Shown: positions 43,421-55,063 of the stretch, in pieces
How the letters are laid out: each line of letters begins with the position of its first letter
Position numbering within the stretch: the first letter of the stretch is position 1
Source of the DNA: an uncultured Nitrososphaeraceae archaeon
GTDB lineage: Archaea > Thermoproteota > Nitrososphaeria > Nitrososphaerales > Nitrososphaeraceae
Length of the DNA: 64,000 nucleotides
Assembly (NCBI GenBank): GCA_963765895.1
Contig: CAVXZB010000078.1
Coordinates: 21,447 to 85,446 of the forward strand
Direction of reading: 5' to 3'
The notes under the pieces: generated by a model
What the model was told of the DNA's origin: nothing
The model's database searches: none
Seen by the model: the letters and a program-made list of their open reading frames with translations, nothing else
Position numbers and translations under genes: made by a program

Positions 43421-45862
43421 ATGGTCGATAAGTGCGAGGACATTGACGACGACGAGGAACTGACACTAGCGAAATACATCGTTAGTTTATCAGCCAAAGA
43501 CAAGGAGTTGATAAGTGATGTGTCCGTAGACATTGGTGAATTACTTCTGTTCCAAATTGATGACTTTGATGATCTGATTAACAGACCGCGCACTGATCTT
43601 AACCAACAGCAACAGAGTAGAAGGGTTGAAATCATTAGGCAGATAAGCAATCTGCAGGCTTGTGAACGAGTACAAAATGAAGGCCGTACACACCCTGACA
43701 ACTACAATTTCAAAGTTGGCAGTGGTAATGGCAATAATCATGAGATTATAGAACTACAATTAAGTCCAGCATTAAAACAGTCAGAAATTGTTACTAGATT
43801 TGTTCTCTACACACGCAATAAAACCTTAGAATTATTACTCAATCATAAATATGAGAGTAAAACAGTAATTTTTCCAGTTGACATAGTCAAAGCCAGTTTT
43901 AATTGGACTAAATTCACCGACGACTTTGAAACTAAACTGAAGAACAAAGGTATTGGGCAGGAACATGTAACGATGCTTGCCGACAGTCTTGATGAGAATT
44001 GGAAGAAGATTTTCGATTCACTACATAAAGATAATGAGGACTCCGACTCTTCGGACGAGTGTAAAAGCGTCGCTCAAATAGCACTAAGCCTCGCCGAAGA
44101 GCATTGTTCTGAATTGTTCCTAGATCAGTATGGAACTCCACATGCCGCATTAAAGATTGGTGGACATGTCGAAACGCTTCGCCTCAAAGACTCTAGGTTC
44201 AAGAATTGGTTATGCAGAACATACTACCTTTCTGAAGACAAGATATTGAATTCTGAGAGTGTGACTAATGTACTGAACATATTAAAAGCCAAAGCAGAGT
44301 TTGAAGGTGCTACAAGAACTTTGGATTTGCGTGTGACAAGTGCACAAGACGAGCCTTTTACAATCTACTATGATTTGAGTAACAAAGAGTGGCAGGTCGT
44401 AAAGATCACACCTGAAGGCTGGAGTATAGAACCTAGTCCTATTATATTTAGAAGATACAAGAGCCAACAGCCGCAGGTTTATCCTTCCAGGAAATACTCA
44501 CCAGATGTCTTTGACAAGTTCATGGATTTGATGAATATCAAAAATAGAGACGAAAGACAGGTATCGAAGGGCTATATCGTGGATCTATTTTATCCAGGAA
44601 TTCCAAAGCCTATCTCGGTAGTTGTGGCTGAGCAAGGAAGCGCAAAAACAACGGAGCATCGATTAGAAAAGAAGTTGATTGATCCATGTATCACAAAGAC
44701 GTTAAGTCTTCCACGAGATAAAACAGAAATGGTACAGATGTTGGCACATAATTATGTTACCTACTTTGATAACGTGTCTAGGATTACGGATTGGCAAAGT
44801 GACATGCTTTGTCGAGCTCGCTACAGGAGACGGCTTTTCCAAAAGAGAAGCTATTCACAGACGATGAGGACATAATATATGATTTTAGACGGGCGACAGG
44901 ACTTAACGGGATTAACATAATAGGCTTGAGGGCCGATCTGCTTGACAGATCTATTTTAAGAAAACGTGAGCGTATTGCGAAGGAGAGTCGCCGCAAGGAG
45001 CAAGTTATAGAGGCAGAATTTGAGGCCTTAAGGCCAGACCTATTAGGATATATTTTTGACATACTGGTCAAGGTTTTGCGAGTTAAAAGTAACGGCGGCA
45101 TCAAGATCGAAGGTCTTCCTCGGATGGCGGACTTTGCCGAAATAGCCGAGATTGCGTCTAGGTGCATGGGCTATGACGATGGAGAATTTTTGAAAGCCTA
45201 TGATAAGAACATTGAGCTACAATCGGAAGAAGCAATTGGTGAAAACCTTCTTTCAAGCACGATTGTAAGGTTTATGCAAGATAAAAGTGAATGGACTGGT
45301 ACTGCAACAGAGTTGCTCTCAGTTTTAGAAGCAGTAGCAGCAGAGGAACTTAAGATAAACGTAGCATCTAATAGGCAATGGCCCAAGGCAGCTAATGTAC
45401 TGAAGTGGTCGGCTCAAAGAAGTCAAGACTAACCTTCGGGAGATCGGCATTATAATAGATAATGAGGCTGCCAGGGATCCAAATACTAGGATCAAGACCA
45501 TTTCGATATGCAAAGGTAAGGATAGCCGGAAACAATCGTTCGGATCGCTCGAATCGTTCGCAGACGAAAATCACTCTCAAAACACTAGCGATATTCCGAA
45601 CGATAGCAATCAAACCGAACCATCACATCGTTCAGAAATAGAGCAATCGTTCGAAGAAAACGATCAAAATCGTGCTCAAAATGTGGCTCCGAACGATCCG
45701 AATGATTCGAACGATACATTCCGTAGTTCGGAAGACGGTAACCCTAGTTATGCAGGTGCAGAAGTTGGGGCAGAGATTAGACAGGAACTGACAAGGATGC
45801 AGAATAGAATAGATGAGAGGAGCAAAGATGAAAATGAGTCCGACAGAAATGGGAGGACATGA
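43421..45862 (+). CDS. Replication protein with SF3-like helicase/ATPase, frameshifts near 44820 and 45402
   Basis: Walker A AEQGSAKT, Walker B YFDN, LCRA-TGDGFSKRKLFTD, LNGI, DLLDRS, PRMADF, WPK; third segment GRLKEVKTNLREIGI...* ends at 45862. Confidence 0.75.
45535..45715. repeat. Iteron-like octamer array ATCGTTCG in opposed orientations (putative origin)
   Basis: Forward triplet at 45535, 45544, 45553; reverse triplet at 45690, 45699, 45708; single copies at 45597(rev), 45627, 45646. Confidence 0.75.
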
Positions 45863-46259
45863 TAACAACTTGGTTTACCAGACCAAGAAAAAGCAGGTAC
45901 TAACAGATTCAATCCTGAATATTCAGACCGGCTTACATGGCTTGTACCAGCAGGTAGGAGACGTCGCAAAGAAAGTCAATGACTTGCATATATCTGTACA
46001 AGCTAGGCAGTGGCTACCAGCCACAGCAGAACTACAGCAAGAACTAAATGACATAATGTATTCACTTGAGGCCTCGATTTATTTTCAACTAATCATCGAT
46101 CTGGTATGTTACGAGTTGGCGTCGAATAATATAATAGTATTTGTCATTTGCACACACGAGAGCCTTGTTCCATGTCTCCAAATTCAAATTGATATCCGCA
46201 GACTTGACTTAGCCTGTAAGAAATGTATAGCAATTGTTGGACTACAATTGAACGTATAA
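45813..46259 (+). CDS. Hypothetical helical protein downstream of rep
   Basis: ORF overlapping the rep 3' end; likely start ATG 45849; the C-terminal part may be read-through. Confidence 0.4.
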   Translation: MRGAKMKMSPTEMGGHDNNLVYQTKKKQVLTDSILNIQTGLHGLYQQVGDVAKKVNDLHISVQARQWLPATAELQQELNDIMYSLEASIYFQLIIDLVCYELASNNIIVFVICTHESLVPCLQIQIDIRRLDLACKKCIAIVGLQLNV

Positions 46260-46417
46260 TAACACCTACAGTTGAACATAACACGGGCCTATCGTGGTAA
46301 CACTAGTAGACAGATGAATATAGATGATGATGTATGGAAGCACTATGGACACATTATGATAACAAATGATAACACTGCTTTATGCCTAAGAATTAATTAA
46401 TTTATGTTATAGAAAGT

Positions 46418-47530
46418 ATGAATTCACTGAACAGACAGGAAACAGAGGATCTGATCGTCGATCTATACTATAATCAAAAGAAGACTTTCCGACAAATACA
46501 GCAAATAGTAAGAAAATCTCCACGGGACATTAAAGTCATTCTGAATAAGGTAGAGCCAGGACGTTCTTCTCTATCCATTCCGGCGCAAGCCTATAGACTG
46601 TTTTCTGAAGGAAAGACTCCAATTGATGTTGCTATTATTTTGAATATAAGAGAACCAGAAGCAACTCAATTTAATTTGGAGTATTGGAAACTAAGTCAGT
46701 TGGGCATTCTTACCCGAATTTATCAAGAGAACAATGGCAACATTTCACCCTTGGCAGAATTACATCAAAAGATGAAGGCTGCTGGTATGAGTGTACAACA
46801 TGTGATTAAACTTCTTTTGATCGCCAATAATGATCTTCGATCAATTGAGCGGAAATGTCAAGATCTCAAAAGAGAGGCCGCAGAAATAACTGCTAAGAAT
46901 TTGGATGGAGCTAGAACCTTTCAGCAACTAAGCAGAGACATATCGGAGGAATACAAGATATTGGAACAGCACCGTACATCTTGTAAGGAGGAGCGCCTTG
47001 AGTTAGCCAGACTGCGATTGCAAAAAGAAAAACTAGACTCGGTTGTTAGACAATTTCAAGATAATGACGACGGTTTTCGTAGAATTAAAGAGTTAGTCAA
47101 AGTAGCAGTTAAACAAAGGTTAAAGAATCATGAGTATATACTGAAAATAGCCTTTCTATCGATTATAGACGCGTGTCGAAATAATCCTGTAGAATTCAAT
47201 ATTCTTTATTACAATTTACCATTAGCTACTAGTGAGATATCGTCACCACAATCCAATCATAACGATAGATACAACTATGGATTATCCATCGATGAAAAGT
47301 TGTCTTACCCATATAGCAACAATAAAGACAATGTTCACATGAGGTTTCTTCGGGATGAGGCAGAAAAATTCTTCAATGCGAAGATAACAGACTTGATGCA
47401 ATTTTATATTACTCGAGTAGAAATGTGTATTTCTGAATCAGTTTTATCTCAATTTACTGAAAAGTCAAATTTAAATTCAGAAATTGTATTAACATCGGAT
47501 ATACACCCAGATGAGAATGAGAAGTCATAA
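46418..47530 (+). CDS. HTH + coiled-coil protein typical of Nitrososphaeraceae islands
   Basis: LIVDLY..KKTFRQI....RKSPRDI..IL; QAYRLFSEGKTPIDVAI.L; long heptad region. Confidence 0.75.
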   Translation: MNSLNRQETEDLIVDLYYNQKKTFRQIQQIVRKSPRDIKVILNKVEPGRSSLSIPAQAYRLFSEGKTPIDVAIILNIREPEATQFNLEYWKLSQLGILTRIYQENNGNISPLAELHQKMKAAGMSVQHVIKLLLIANNDLRSIERKCQDLKREAAEITAKNLDGARTFQQLSRDISEEYKILEQHRTSCKEERLELARLRLQKEKLDSVVRQFQDNDDGFRRIKELVKVAVKQRLKNHEYILKIAFLSIIDACRNNPVEFNILYYNLPLATSEISSPQSNHNDRYNYGLSIDEKLSYPYSNNKDNVHMRFLRDEAEKFFNAKITDLMQFYITRVEMCISESVLSQFTEKSNLNSEIVLTSDIHPDENEKS

Positions 47531-47915
47531 ACCGCCATTTGGAGCGGATATAATAACCATTTTGCTGCCACCGGAGGCGGATTTGTGTTCAAAAAGGTAG
47601 GTTATGTCACCTATTTGATTCTTATAATACCTCCAGATGAACCTTGTAGTTTGGCGCACCAGAATGACCTGATATACCAGCCTGCTTTCTTCACTGCATT
47701 AAACCTGAGTTCTTATCATGAGAATTTCCAGAGTCGCCAGAGTTCATTTTGCTCTTCATATGTCATGATAGACATCCTGCTGCTAGGGCTGGAGACAACC
47801 ACAGAGAAAACTAACATATTAAAAGTAGTGGCAGCAGCTACAACAGCCAAATAATTAGGGCTTATCATTGGTAGAAACCTCGAACAACAAAAGGATATTT
47901 CCTGCTTCTATGTTC

Positions 47916-48470
47916 TCAGACCCAACAGGCTCGTAACTCTACAGATCGACCAACTTTCTGCAATTCTGTATCACGAAGGTCAAACATATTATCCATTTTT
48001 TCCTTTAATTCCTTGTCTGCCTGGAATAATGATTGTGGTGTCTGAGTATCCACGTTATGAACAACGATAGTAGCAGGTTCTGAATTCTCACCCTCACCTC
48101 CACATTCAATCGTAGGTTGAATTATGCTAGACTTTGGAAACTCTATAGTCTTATTGTTAATTGCAGTGATAAACTGAGTTCTGAAGTACGTAATAATTTT
48201 TGATTCAGGTATTTGGTATTCACGTACTATAAAGTCAATAACTTCATTATTTAGTTGGTCTATAGCCCTGTCACTTATCGTATCACGTGAGCATATTACT
48301 GTGGCATCTTTCTTATCTAGATTAACGTAAGACTCAAAATAAGTCATTAATAGGCGCTTTTGTAATAACTCCCTACCTCGTTCTTTTAACTTACCTTCGC
48401 TTAATTGGCGTTGTATTTCTATGGTGTCAAACGAAGAGATAGTCAGTCTTTTTTTCATTTTTTGTATCAT
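47916..48470 (-). CDS. Hypothetical protein
   Basis: 184 aa ATG ORF; no recognised motif. Confidence 0.55.
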   Translation of the reverse strand: MIQKMKKRLTISSFDTIEIQRQLSEGKLKERGRELLQKRLLMTYFESYVNLDKKDATVICSRDTISDRAIDQLNNEVIDFIVREYQIPESKIITYFRTQFITAINNKTIEFPKSSIIQPTIECGGEGENSEPATIVVHNVDTQTPQSLFQADKELKEKMDNMFDLRDTELQKVGRSVELRACWV

Positions 48471-49289
48471 ATCTCAAGTATAATATATTGATAGCTAAAT
48501 CTTCATACTGCTATAGAAGACCTCTGTTCTTGGGTTAGCAACTCTTCAAGTTTCTGCCGCTTCATTCTGTTTACTTCTAACGTCTATTTCAAGTCTTGAT
48601 TGATAACTTCTAGTTCAGCTCAGCGTTTTTGTTACTGTTCTCTTAGATACCGATATCTTCGAGTAGTCACAAAGCGTGCTAAGGAGTTAGTGCGTACCTG
48701 TTTGTATATTACATACTAGATAGTATTGAAATCGTTCGTCTAGCTCGCTGTGGATTAACGAACCCTTTCGAGAATCGTACTATAACTGGAATTATGAACA
48801 AAATGCCACGGAATTAAGATAAATTAGCATTTGTGTCTAGCGGTGATTATATGCATGTGAAATAAATTACAAGTTAACATGATATCGATAGTTTCACAAG
48901 CACATACGAATGCAAAGTCGAGTCTGATTAATGGCATGGGTATGAACTTTTCATCTGCCGTGAGTGGGAGTTGGAGTAGTGTAGTCCTTAAGGAACAGCT
49001 GTACCGTAAGTATACACAAACCATTCGGACCTACATCTGCACTCGGTAATATCGGCCCCCTTTGTTCCCTAATAATTACAAACAACTATGGTTCGAGCAC
49101 AAGTATCCCAAGGAAGATACAATACGTCCAAACAGTGTTGGATAGTCAGAAAACTTTGAATCTGGTGCTGCGATTACAATTTCGTAGATTTTTCCGTTAA
49201 TTATGAAAATTAAATTACAAGCCTTTGTTGCATTTCTCCAGTTGCTGGATCGGAATGTTTACTCATAAATTCAAGTCTTACCATGCATA

Positions 49290-49610
49290 TTGGAATGTTC
49301 TAGTAGACGCAGCAGAACAAGTCTTATACAGGCTGTCTCTTCTGTGATTCATTCGATAAGAAATAATCCAGAGCAGTACATCTCGATAATCCAAAATAAT
49401 TTTTCATCAGTGAGTTATAACTTACCATCTCACCCATTTTATACAGATGATTACCCTACGCAACATTTTGAAACTATACTAGTTAATGATGCTGCAAAAA
49501 TGTATAGCAACTTGGCAAGGAATTTGATAGATGAAATTCTTAGCAGTAATGATATCAGGTCATCATCGCAATCATCATTGCCTTTAATATTATCGTCAGA
49601 TCAAGATTAG
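49290..49610 (+). pseudogene. C-terminal fragment of a 46418-family paralogue
   Basis: AVSSVIHSIRNNPEQY vs AFLSIIDACRNNPVEF; LVNDAAKMY vs LRDEAEKFF. Confidence 0.6.
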
Positions 49611-49695
49611 CATAAACCTAGTTAATAAGTCTAAACTATTATTTTACAAGTATCCACTCTGTCCCTAGTGTGATCTGCTATTCACGAATTGTGCT

Positions 49696-49827
49696 ATGAA
49701 ACCACTAAACAGATAGGAAACAGAAGATCTTATTCTAGACCTGTAATATAATCAAAAGAAGACTTTTCTACAGATACAACAAATAGTAAGAAAATCCCCA
49801 CGTGACATCAAAGTCATTCTGACTAAT
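49696..49827 (+). pseudogene. Nonsense-mutated copy of the 5' end of the 46418 gene
   Basis: MKPLNR*ETEDLILDL*YNQKKTFLQIQQIVRKSPRDIKVIL vs MNSLNRQETEDLIVDLYYNQKKTFRQIQQIVRKSPRDIKVIL. Confidence 0.9.
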
Positions 49828-50552
49828 CTTAAATTTCGTCCGTTTCTCCTTTGCCCTCAGTCTCTTCTCATTTTCTTGTACAGGATGTTGTATCGGAACA
49901 AGTTCATTAATGTTTTTAAATAAAGGAGATGGTTTGTTCAGGACATAATCCAAGAAGATAATGAAAGAAATACTTAAGAGTAATTCACATGGATATGGAT
50001 ACAGATGGATGGCAGAAACTGCCTTTTCATCAATTATAATAACGTATGGTGAACATGTGGCTACTAGAACGTGCCGGCGCTCCAAATACTGGGTCGGGTC
50101 GGTATAATTAACGTAAGCGGTGAAATCCGATCTAATGAGATGGAATTTGGCGAGCATTGATGGGTGTAATGAAAGTTGTGACACGATCGTAGATCCTATA
50201 TTGCATGAAGAAATTTTTTAGGCCCGTGGATTGTTGGCAGTAGTTTAAAGCCTACCGTCTCTCTCTCTATGAAATCTAGCGCCCATATTCTTGTAATTAT
50301 ATGAACCAGGTATTCTCAATAGACAATTCTTAAATGACACGGTGTGGTAATGCTTGAATCTCCTTTACCATTAGATAAGTACCATTCTACAAATCTTAAA
50401 AATAAATTGGAAGGTTCTGTTTGTATTTGCTAAATTCAGACATTTGTTCTAAAATAACGTTTTGAGATTCTGCAGGAGTTATATCTAGAATGGATGTTAC
50501 TGTAGTTGGAGACTCATTGCTTTAAAGGTTCATGCCACGTCGTCACTCAATA

Positions 50553-51833
50553 TCATTGTTTGTTACTACCTGGCTGTGGGCGAGGTTTGGGAAGCAGTGG
50601 AGTGAGTGCCTTGGACATCAGGAAACCTGTTACTGCTCCAATGACAATGACTGGTATGAGGTCGGTTTGTCCTCCGAATAACCCCAGTAGGAGAGCAAGT
50701 GATAAGGGCATCGGGAGGAAAGAACATGGAGCAGTTGCCATGCCTGCAAGTACACCCACACCCTGTGGAATGAAAGTTAGAATCTCTGATAGGGCCTGTC
50801 CTAGCACACCTCCTATAAATAGTAATGGAAAGATTGGACCCCCATCAAAGCCTGTAGCAAATGACGTACCTGTAAGTAACATCTTGACGAGCATCATCAG
50901 CAGTAATATCCCTATGCCATACGCGGCAGGGTTATGAACAATTTGTAGTAATTGGTTCTGGCCAGAGTAAAGTGTCAGTGGAAGAAATGAACCAATCAAG
51001 CCGATAACCAACCCACCTATGATAGCACGCATGACCGGTCTCTTATTAAATCGGCCAAAGACCCGATGCGTAAGTCCGAATACCAGCTTATGCAAAATCC
51101 CAATTGCCCCTGCAATAACTCCCACCAGCAATGCCCAGACCAGGTCGACTAAACGAAGAGAGGCAAAGTCAGGGAAGCTGTATACACCTAAATATGACTG
51201 ATGCAAAATCGCAGTGTAGACACCATAACCAACAGCTGCTGCTATGAGACCAGGGATGAGGTGACGATACCAATTTATCTCCTTGATGAACATGAACTCG
51301 AATGCACCCACTGCCCCAACTACCGGAGAGCCAAAGAAAGCACCAAATGCACCTGCAATGGCACTGTAAGCTAGTACTTGTATGTCGTCTTTCTGAAGCT
51401 TAAGTCGATCGGAGACAAAAGTACCTAATCCACCTGCAAGAAAGGTGAGCGTTCCCTCAGGACCAATTGCCGCACCACTCCATAATGCTATGAATCCATT
51501 AAGAAGTATGCTTGGCAGGTTACGGTAGTTCACGCCACCAGTCTTGGCATACTGACTTTGAGCAACCCCCAGTCCTCCATGCTCCCCAAAGAACTTGATG
51601 GCAAGGCCAATGAAAACACCGCCTACTCCCAACAGAATAAGCGGCCAAAAGTTAATGTTAAATAGGTATATGCTATGCTGCCCAAAGAACTTGACACCCT
51701 GGTTGTAGAGTGTTAGGTATCCAGCGGCTGCAAGAGAGGAAAGAGCACCGATTAACCCTGCGTAGAGCATTAGTCTATAATAACTGCCTTTTAAGGTCGA
51801 TTCTTCTGCGCCACTACTCATCGACATCTCCAT
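50553..51833 (-). CDS. CLC-superfamily channel/transporter (YfeO-like, no CBS domains)
   Basis: GAAIGPEG, FGAFFGSP, GGPIFP; many TM helices. Confidence 0.85.
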   Translation of the reverse strand: MEMSMSSGAEESTLKGSYYRLMLYAGLIGALSSLAAAGYLTLYNQGVKFFGQHSIYLFNINFWPLILLGVGGVFIGLAIKFFGEHGGLGVAQSQYAKTGGVNYRNLPSILLNGFIALWSGAAIGPEGTLTFLAGGLGTFVSDRLKLQKDDIQVLAYSAIAGAFGAFFGSPVVGAVGAFEFMFIKEINWYRHLIPGLIAAAVGYGVYTAILHQSYLGVYSFPDFASLRLVDLVWALLVGVIAGAIGILHKLVFGLTHRVFGRFNKRPVMRAIIGGLVIGLIGSFLPLTLYSGQNQLLQIVHNPAAYGIGILLLMMLVKMLLTGTSFATGFDGGPIFPLLFIGGVLGQALSEILTFIPQGVGVLAGMATAPCSFLPMPLSLALLLGLFGGQTDLIPVIVIGAVTGFLMSKALTPLLPKPRPQPGSNKQ

Positions 51834-52396
51834 CCGCGAGGTTGAGGTCTAAACTTCTACAAATAGAAATAGTCTGATCTGTAGTTTCATTTGAGTAAGG
51901 GGTTTGTGACTGCATTATATGAATCACTCCTTGCTAATCGGAGTTGATAAATATGCCGCTATTATTTTCTATACCTCTCTTTTCTCCAAGCCTTCATTAA
52001 GCGTCTCTACGCTAAGGATTAGAGAACCGTTTGCCAATATTTCGAATGCCGCTAACTTCGTTTTTATGATTGCATCTAATGCCTTTAGGTGAATTTGTAG
52101 CTTTGATTCATTGTTATTATAGATCTTATGTCTCTGCTTTACTCGTAATATAGAAATTGATTTGCTGTTGATACGCATTCAAGAAACGATAAGGAGAAAA
52201 AATTAGTTGATAGCGCAGAAGAGTACATACCTAGTACACTACCATAGTAGAACTAGCATGCAGTACGCTACAGTGTAAAATAAAACCGTAAATACTAGAT
52301 TAAACCTAGAAAATCGAATGTCGAAAGACGAAGTTAATCAGAATTATTGTAAGACTAGACTAAGAGCTTCGTCTCCTACTCGAGGAGGTAATAATA

Positions 52397-53552
52397 TGCT
52401 CTTTCTTACCAAAATCGGTACTAGTAGCAGTACTATCGTCAGGACTAGTAAGCCTTTCATCGGTACACTTCTATCGCAAATGCAGCAACAACAACTACGA
52501 ATCATGTTATCACAGGTGACACACAAAAATATAGGATATTTGAAGGACAGGCACCTACGATGCAACCATCAGATGCTGGCATGCAAACCAATCCAATGCC
52601 AGGAACTTTTGAGTGGTGGTACCTGCAAGGACAATTCACAGACGGTTCAAAAATGCAGATTACCTACGAAGTAAAGCCCTGGATGGACAACAATGGGCCA
52701 CTTCAGCCCTACATTGGTTTATCCATCACGACTCCTAATGGCACGCATTTATTTGGACAAGCGAAAGCAGATGTAAGCCAATTCAATGCTGCACGTAATA
52801 CAATGAACGTAACGATGGGTGACAACTGGGTTCGTGGTGATTTGAACACCGCTAAAATGCACTTTGCAACGACGCAGAATGGAGTTGGGGCTGATCTTGT
52901 TTTCGATAGTGCCGCTCCACCCACAAGATTTGGAGGCAGCGGTATGTGGTTTTTCGACCCATCACTGACACGATTCAGTGCTACGAATGATCCAATGCCC
53001 TTTGCTAAAGTTCATGGTAACTTAACCTTCGGCGGCCAGTCTCACAGTGTACAGGGAACAGGGTATATAGACAAGCAGTGGGGAACAATCAACTGGAACC
53101 AGGCATACGACGGCTGGTACTGGTCAACTGGTCATTATGGTAACTACACTGCAGACATGTTTGTACTGCCCACTTCAGCGGCATTTAACCATCAGCCATC
53201 CAATGATATCTATTTGGCCAAAGGAAATGGACCAAGTAAGGTCTTGGTCGAAACTATGCATGGCGTTACTGCGCACGCATCAGGGGGAAACATAACTGCT
53301 CCTGGAGGAGTACATACATATCCAAAAGTACTGACCTTACAATGGAAGAACGGCACAAACTCAGCTACTCTGACTCTTACTAACCCTTCAATCATTACAG
53401 CAGCAACCCCTGTTATTAATACAAATGCAACCATGTACGGATACCCTCAATATATGCGGTTAGAGGGTACAGGTACGCTTAATGTGCAGTGGAATGGCAG
53501 CAACGAAACAGCAAGCGCCCCTGCCATCTGGGAGGTCGCTTATGCACACTAA
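52397..53552 (+). CDS. Secreted lipocalin-like double-barrel protein (CrtC/AttH/tocopherol-cyclase/Diels-Alderase superfamily); 5' frameshifts
   Basis: FEWWY, GTGYIDKQWG, WYW. GAGGAGGT SD before ATG 52397; signal-like segment ending SIANA is broken by shifts. Intact ORF 52560-53552. Confidence 0.7.
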
Positions 53553-53585
53553 GTAGCGTTTTTTTGCTACACTCACATTTTTTTC
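53553..53585 (+). terminator. Short hairpin and oligo-T terminator
   Basis: GTAGC-gttttttt-GCTAC, then a T7 tract just after the stop. Confidence 0.5.
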
Positions 53586-53928
53586 TCATTTGTACATAAT
53601 TTTGCTACAAGAGAAATTTTGAATTTTGAATTCTCACTAGTCTTTCACGGTTAATATCCCTGGCTCTGAGTCTACATGTGTGCTATTGTTCCTGTCCTCG
53701 CTAACCTTCTTGTTGGTATAAATAATTGTTATAATAGTTGCTACGAAGTAAGGCAGCATTATCCACATTAATTCCCACGTAGGTAATTGATATGTACCTA
53801 TGTGTGCAAGTACAACATTTAGTTATCTTCCAATCTGAACCCATCGATCATCGATCATCGATCATTATTTTGTAACGTTAAATTATACTTATACTTGTCA
53901 AAGACGAAATAATGAGAACTAAGTCGTA

Positions 53929-54207
53929 ATGGGAATACGAAATCCTCCGAATAATCAACTATCATTAAAGATATTTCTGATTTCATTGTCTTTATTGCCC
54001 TTATTGCTGATGTCTTGTGAATTTGATGACACCGATCGGTTAATACCAGCGACAACTGCTCCGTCAATTGATAAATCTAATACAGAAGACAGATGCATTA
54101 GTTACAATAGTGTTGAAAAGACAATTACAATAAGATGTCGTACTAATAATCGCCTGACAGACATTCACAATACCATTCAGGATCGTAAAGTTATAAATAC
54201 ACTATAA
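53929..54207 (+). pseudogene. N-terminal fragment of a secreted beta-helix-type protein
   Basis: Signal/anchor then CISYNSVEKTITIRC....LTDI; truncated. Confidence 0.45.
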
Positions 54208-54740
54208 ATACTGCAGTTATAGATCCTCAAGATAGGTTCGCATTCCACCAATAGAGAGAAAAGGGCAACAGAGACAGTTTTAGAACAGGCAGGAATAATT
54301 GCGAGAGATTGGGCCGTGTAGATCAGCATTAGCTGAGGAAATGTCTTTATTTAGTGTGCGAATATAAATGCCATTTCTAGTTATTGGAGGAGAGAATGAA
54401 ATGGCATGGCGAGTTGAAATCTATGGCATTTTTACAGGACCATCGAGTGCCACGCTATTAAAGTCAAAGACTATTGAAGACAAGTTATGAAGTGCAATTG
54501 ATGTAAGTCAAGTTACTGCACCTTACAAAAAATCATCAAGTTGGCAGAAGCCTACCTAATTCTTATCATAAGAAATTGACCGACTATTTGAAATTTTCCT
54601 TTAGTACCTGTATGATCGGGTGGAATAATTGAGTCAAATTTGTCTTGCATTCCACCGAACCCGGACCAACGACGTGCTAATATTTATTCAAATAATGACT
54701 TGGTTGTTATTATCCCGGGACACGAAATTATGTCAAATTT

Positions 54741-54762
54741 GGTTCACAAACCACTGGCCCCA
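54741..54762 (+). repeat. Degenerate attR (copy of the tRNA-Pro 3' end)
   Basis: GGTTCacaaaCCACTGGCCCCA vs tRNA GGTTCgaatcCCACTGGCCCCA. Confidence 0.7.
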
Positions 54763-54819
54763 ATACGATATCAGTGCTTTTATGTGGATGCCAAGACATA
54801 ATAGGGCAATAGGTAAAGG

Positions 54820-55053
54820 TTGGAACAAAAAGTAGATGAGGTTTTCTTATCAAATTCCCGGATATTGTATCTAGATGCAATGAAATCTCCTCTCACTAGA
54901 TACAAGTACCTAGGAAATTTAGCCACATTAACAGACAGATACATGACACTTTATCACTGTCCTAGGACAGCAGTAGAGAAGGGTGAAGGGAGCCTGGACA
55001 AGGAAATATCTTCGTATATAATGATCGCTTTGATAGTTTCAGATTATCGTTGA
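54820..55053 (+). pseudogene. N-terminal stub of a further integrase
   Basis: YLDAMKSPLTRYKY resembles FKFSIRSEVTRKYY of 40632; similar spacing from the att copy. Confidence 0.5.
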
Positions 55054-55063
55054 TGTTTTTGCA

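Larger units (their letters stand above)
40571..54762. mobile_element. ~14 kb integrated plasmid-like element at tRNA-Pro
   Basis: Integrase beside the tRNA, regulator and helicase module, and a CCACTGGCCCCA direct repeat at 40571-40582 and 54751-54762. Confidence 0.75.

Noticed and set aside
44805-44830. Programmed frameshift in the rep helicase
   Set aside because: No slippery heptamer at the junction, it splits the ATPase core, and similar indels occur throughout the window.
49110-49280. PsbP-like domain remnant on the minus strand (NGKIYEIVIAAPDSKFSDYPTLF)
   Set aside because: Too short and degraded to call.
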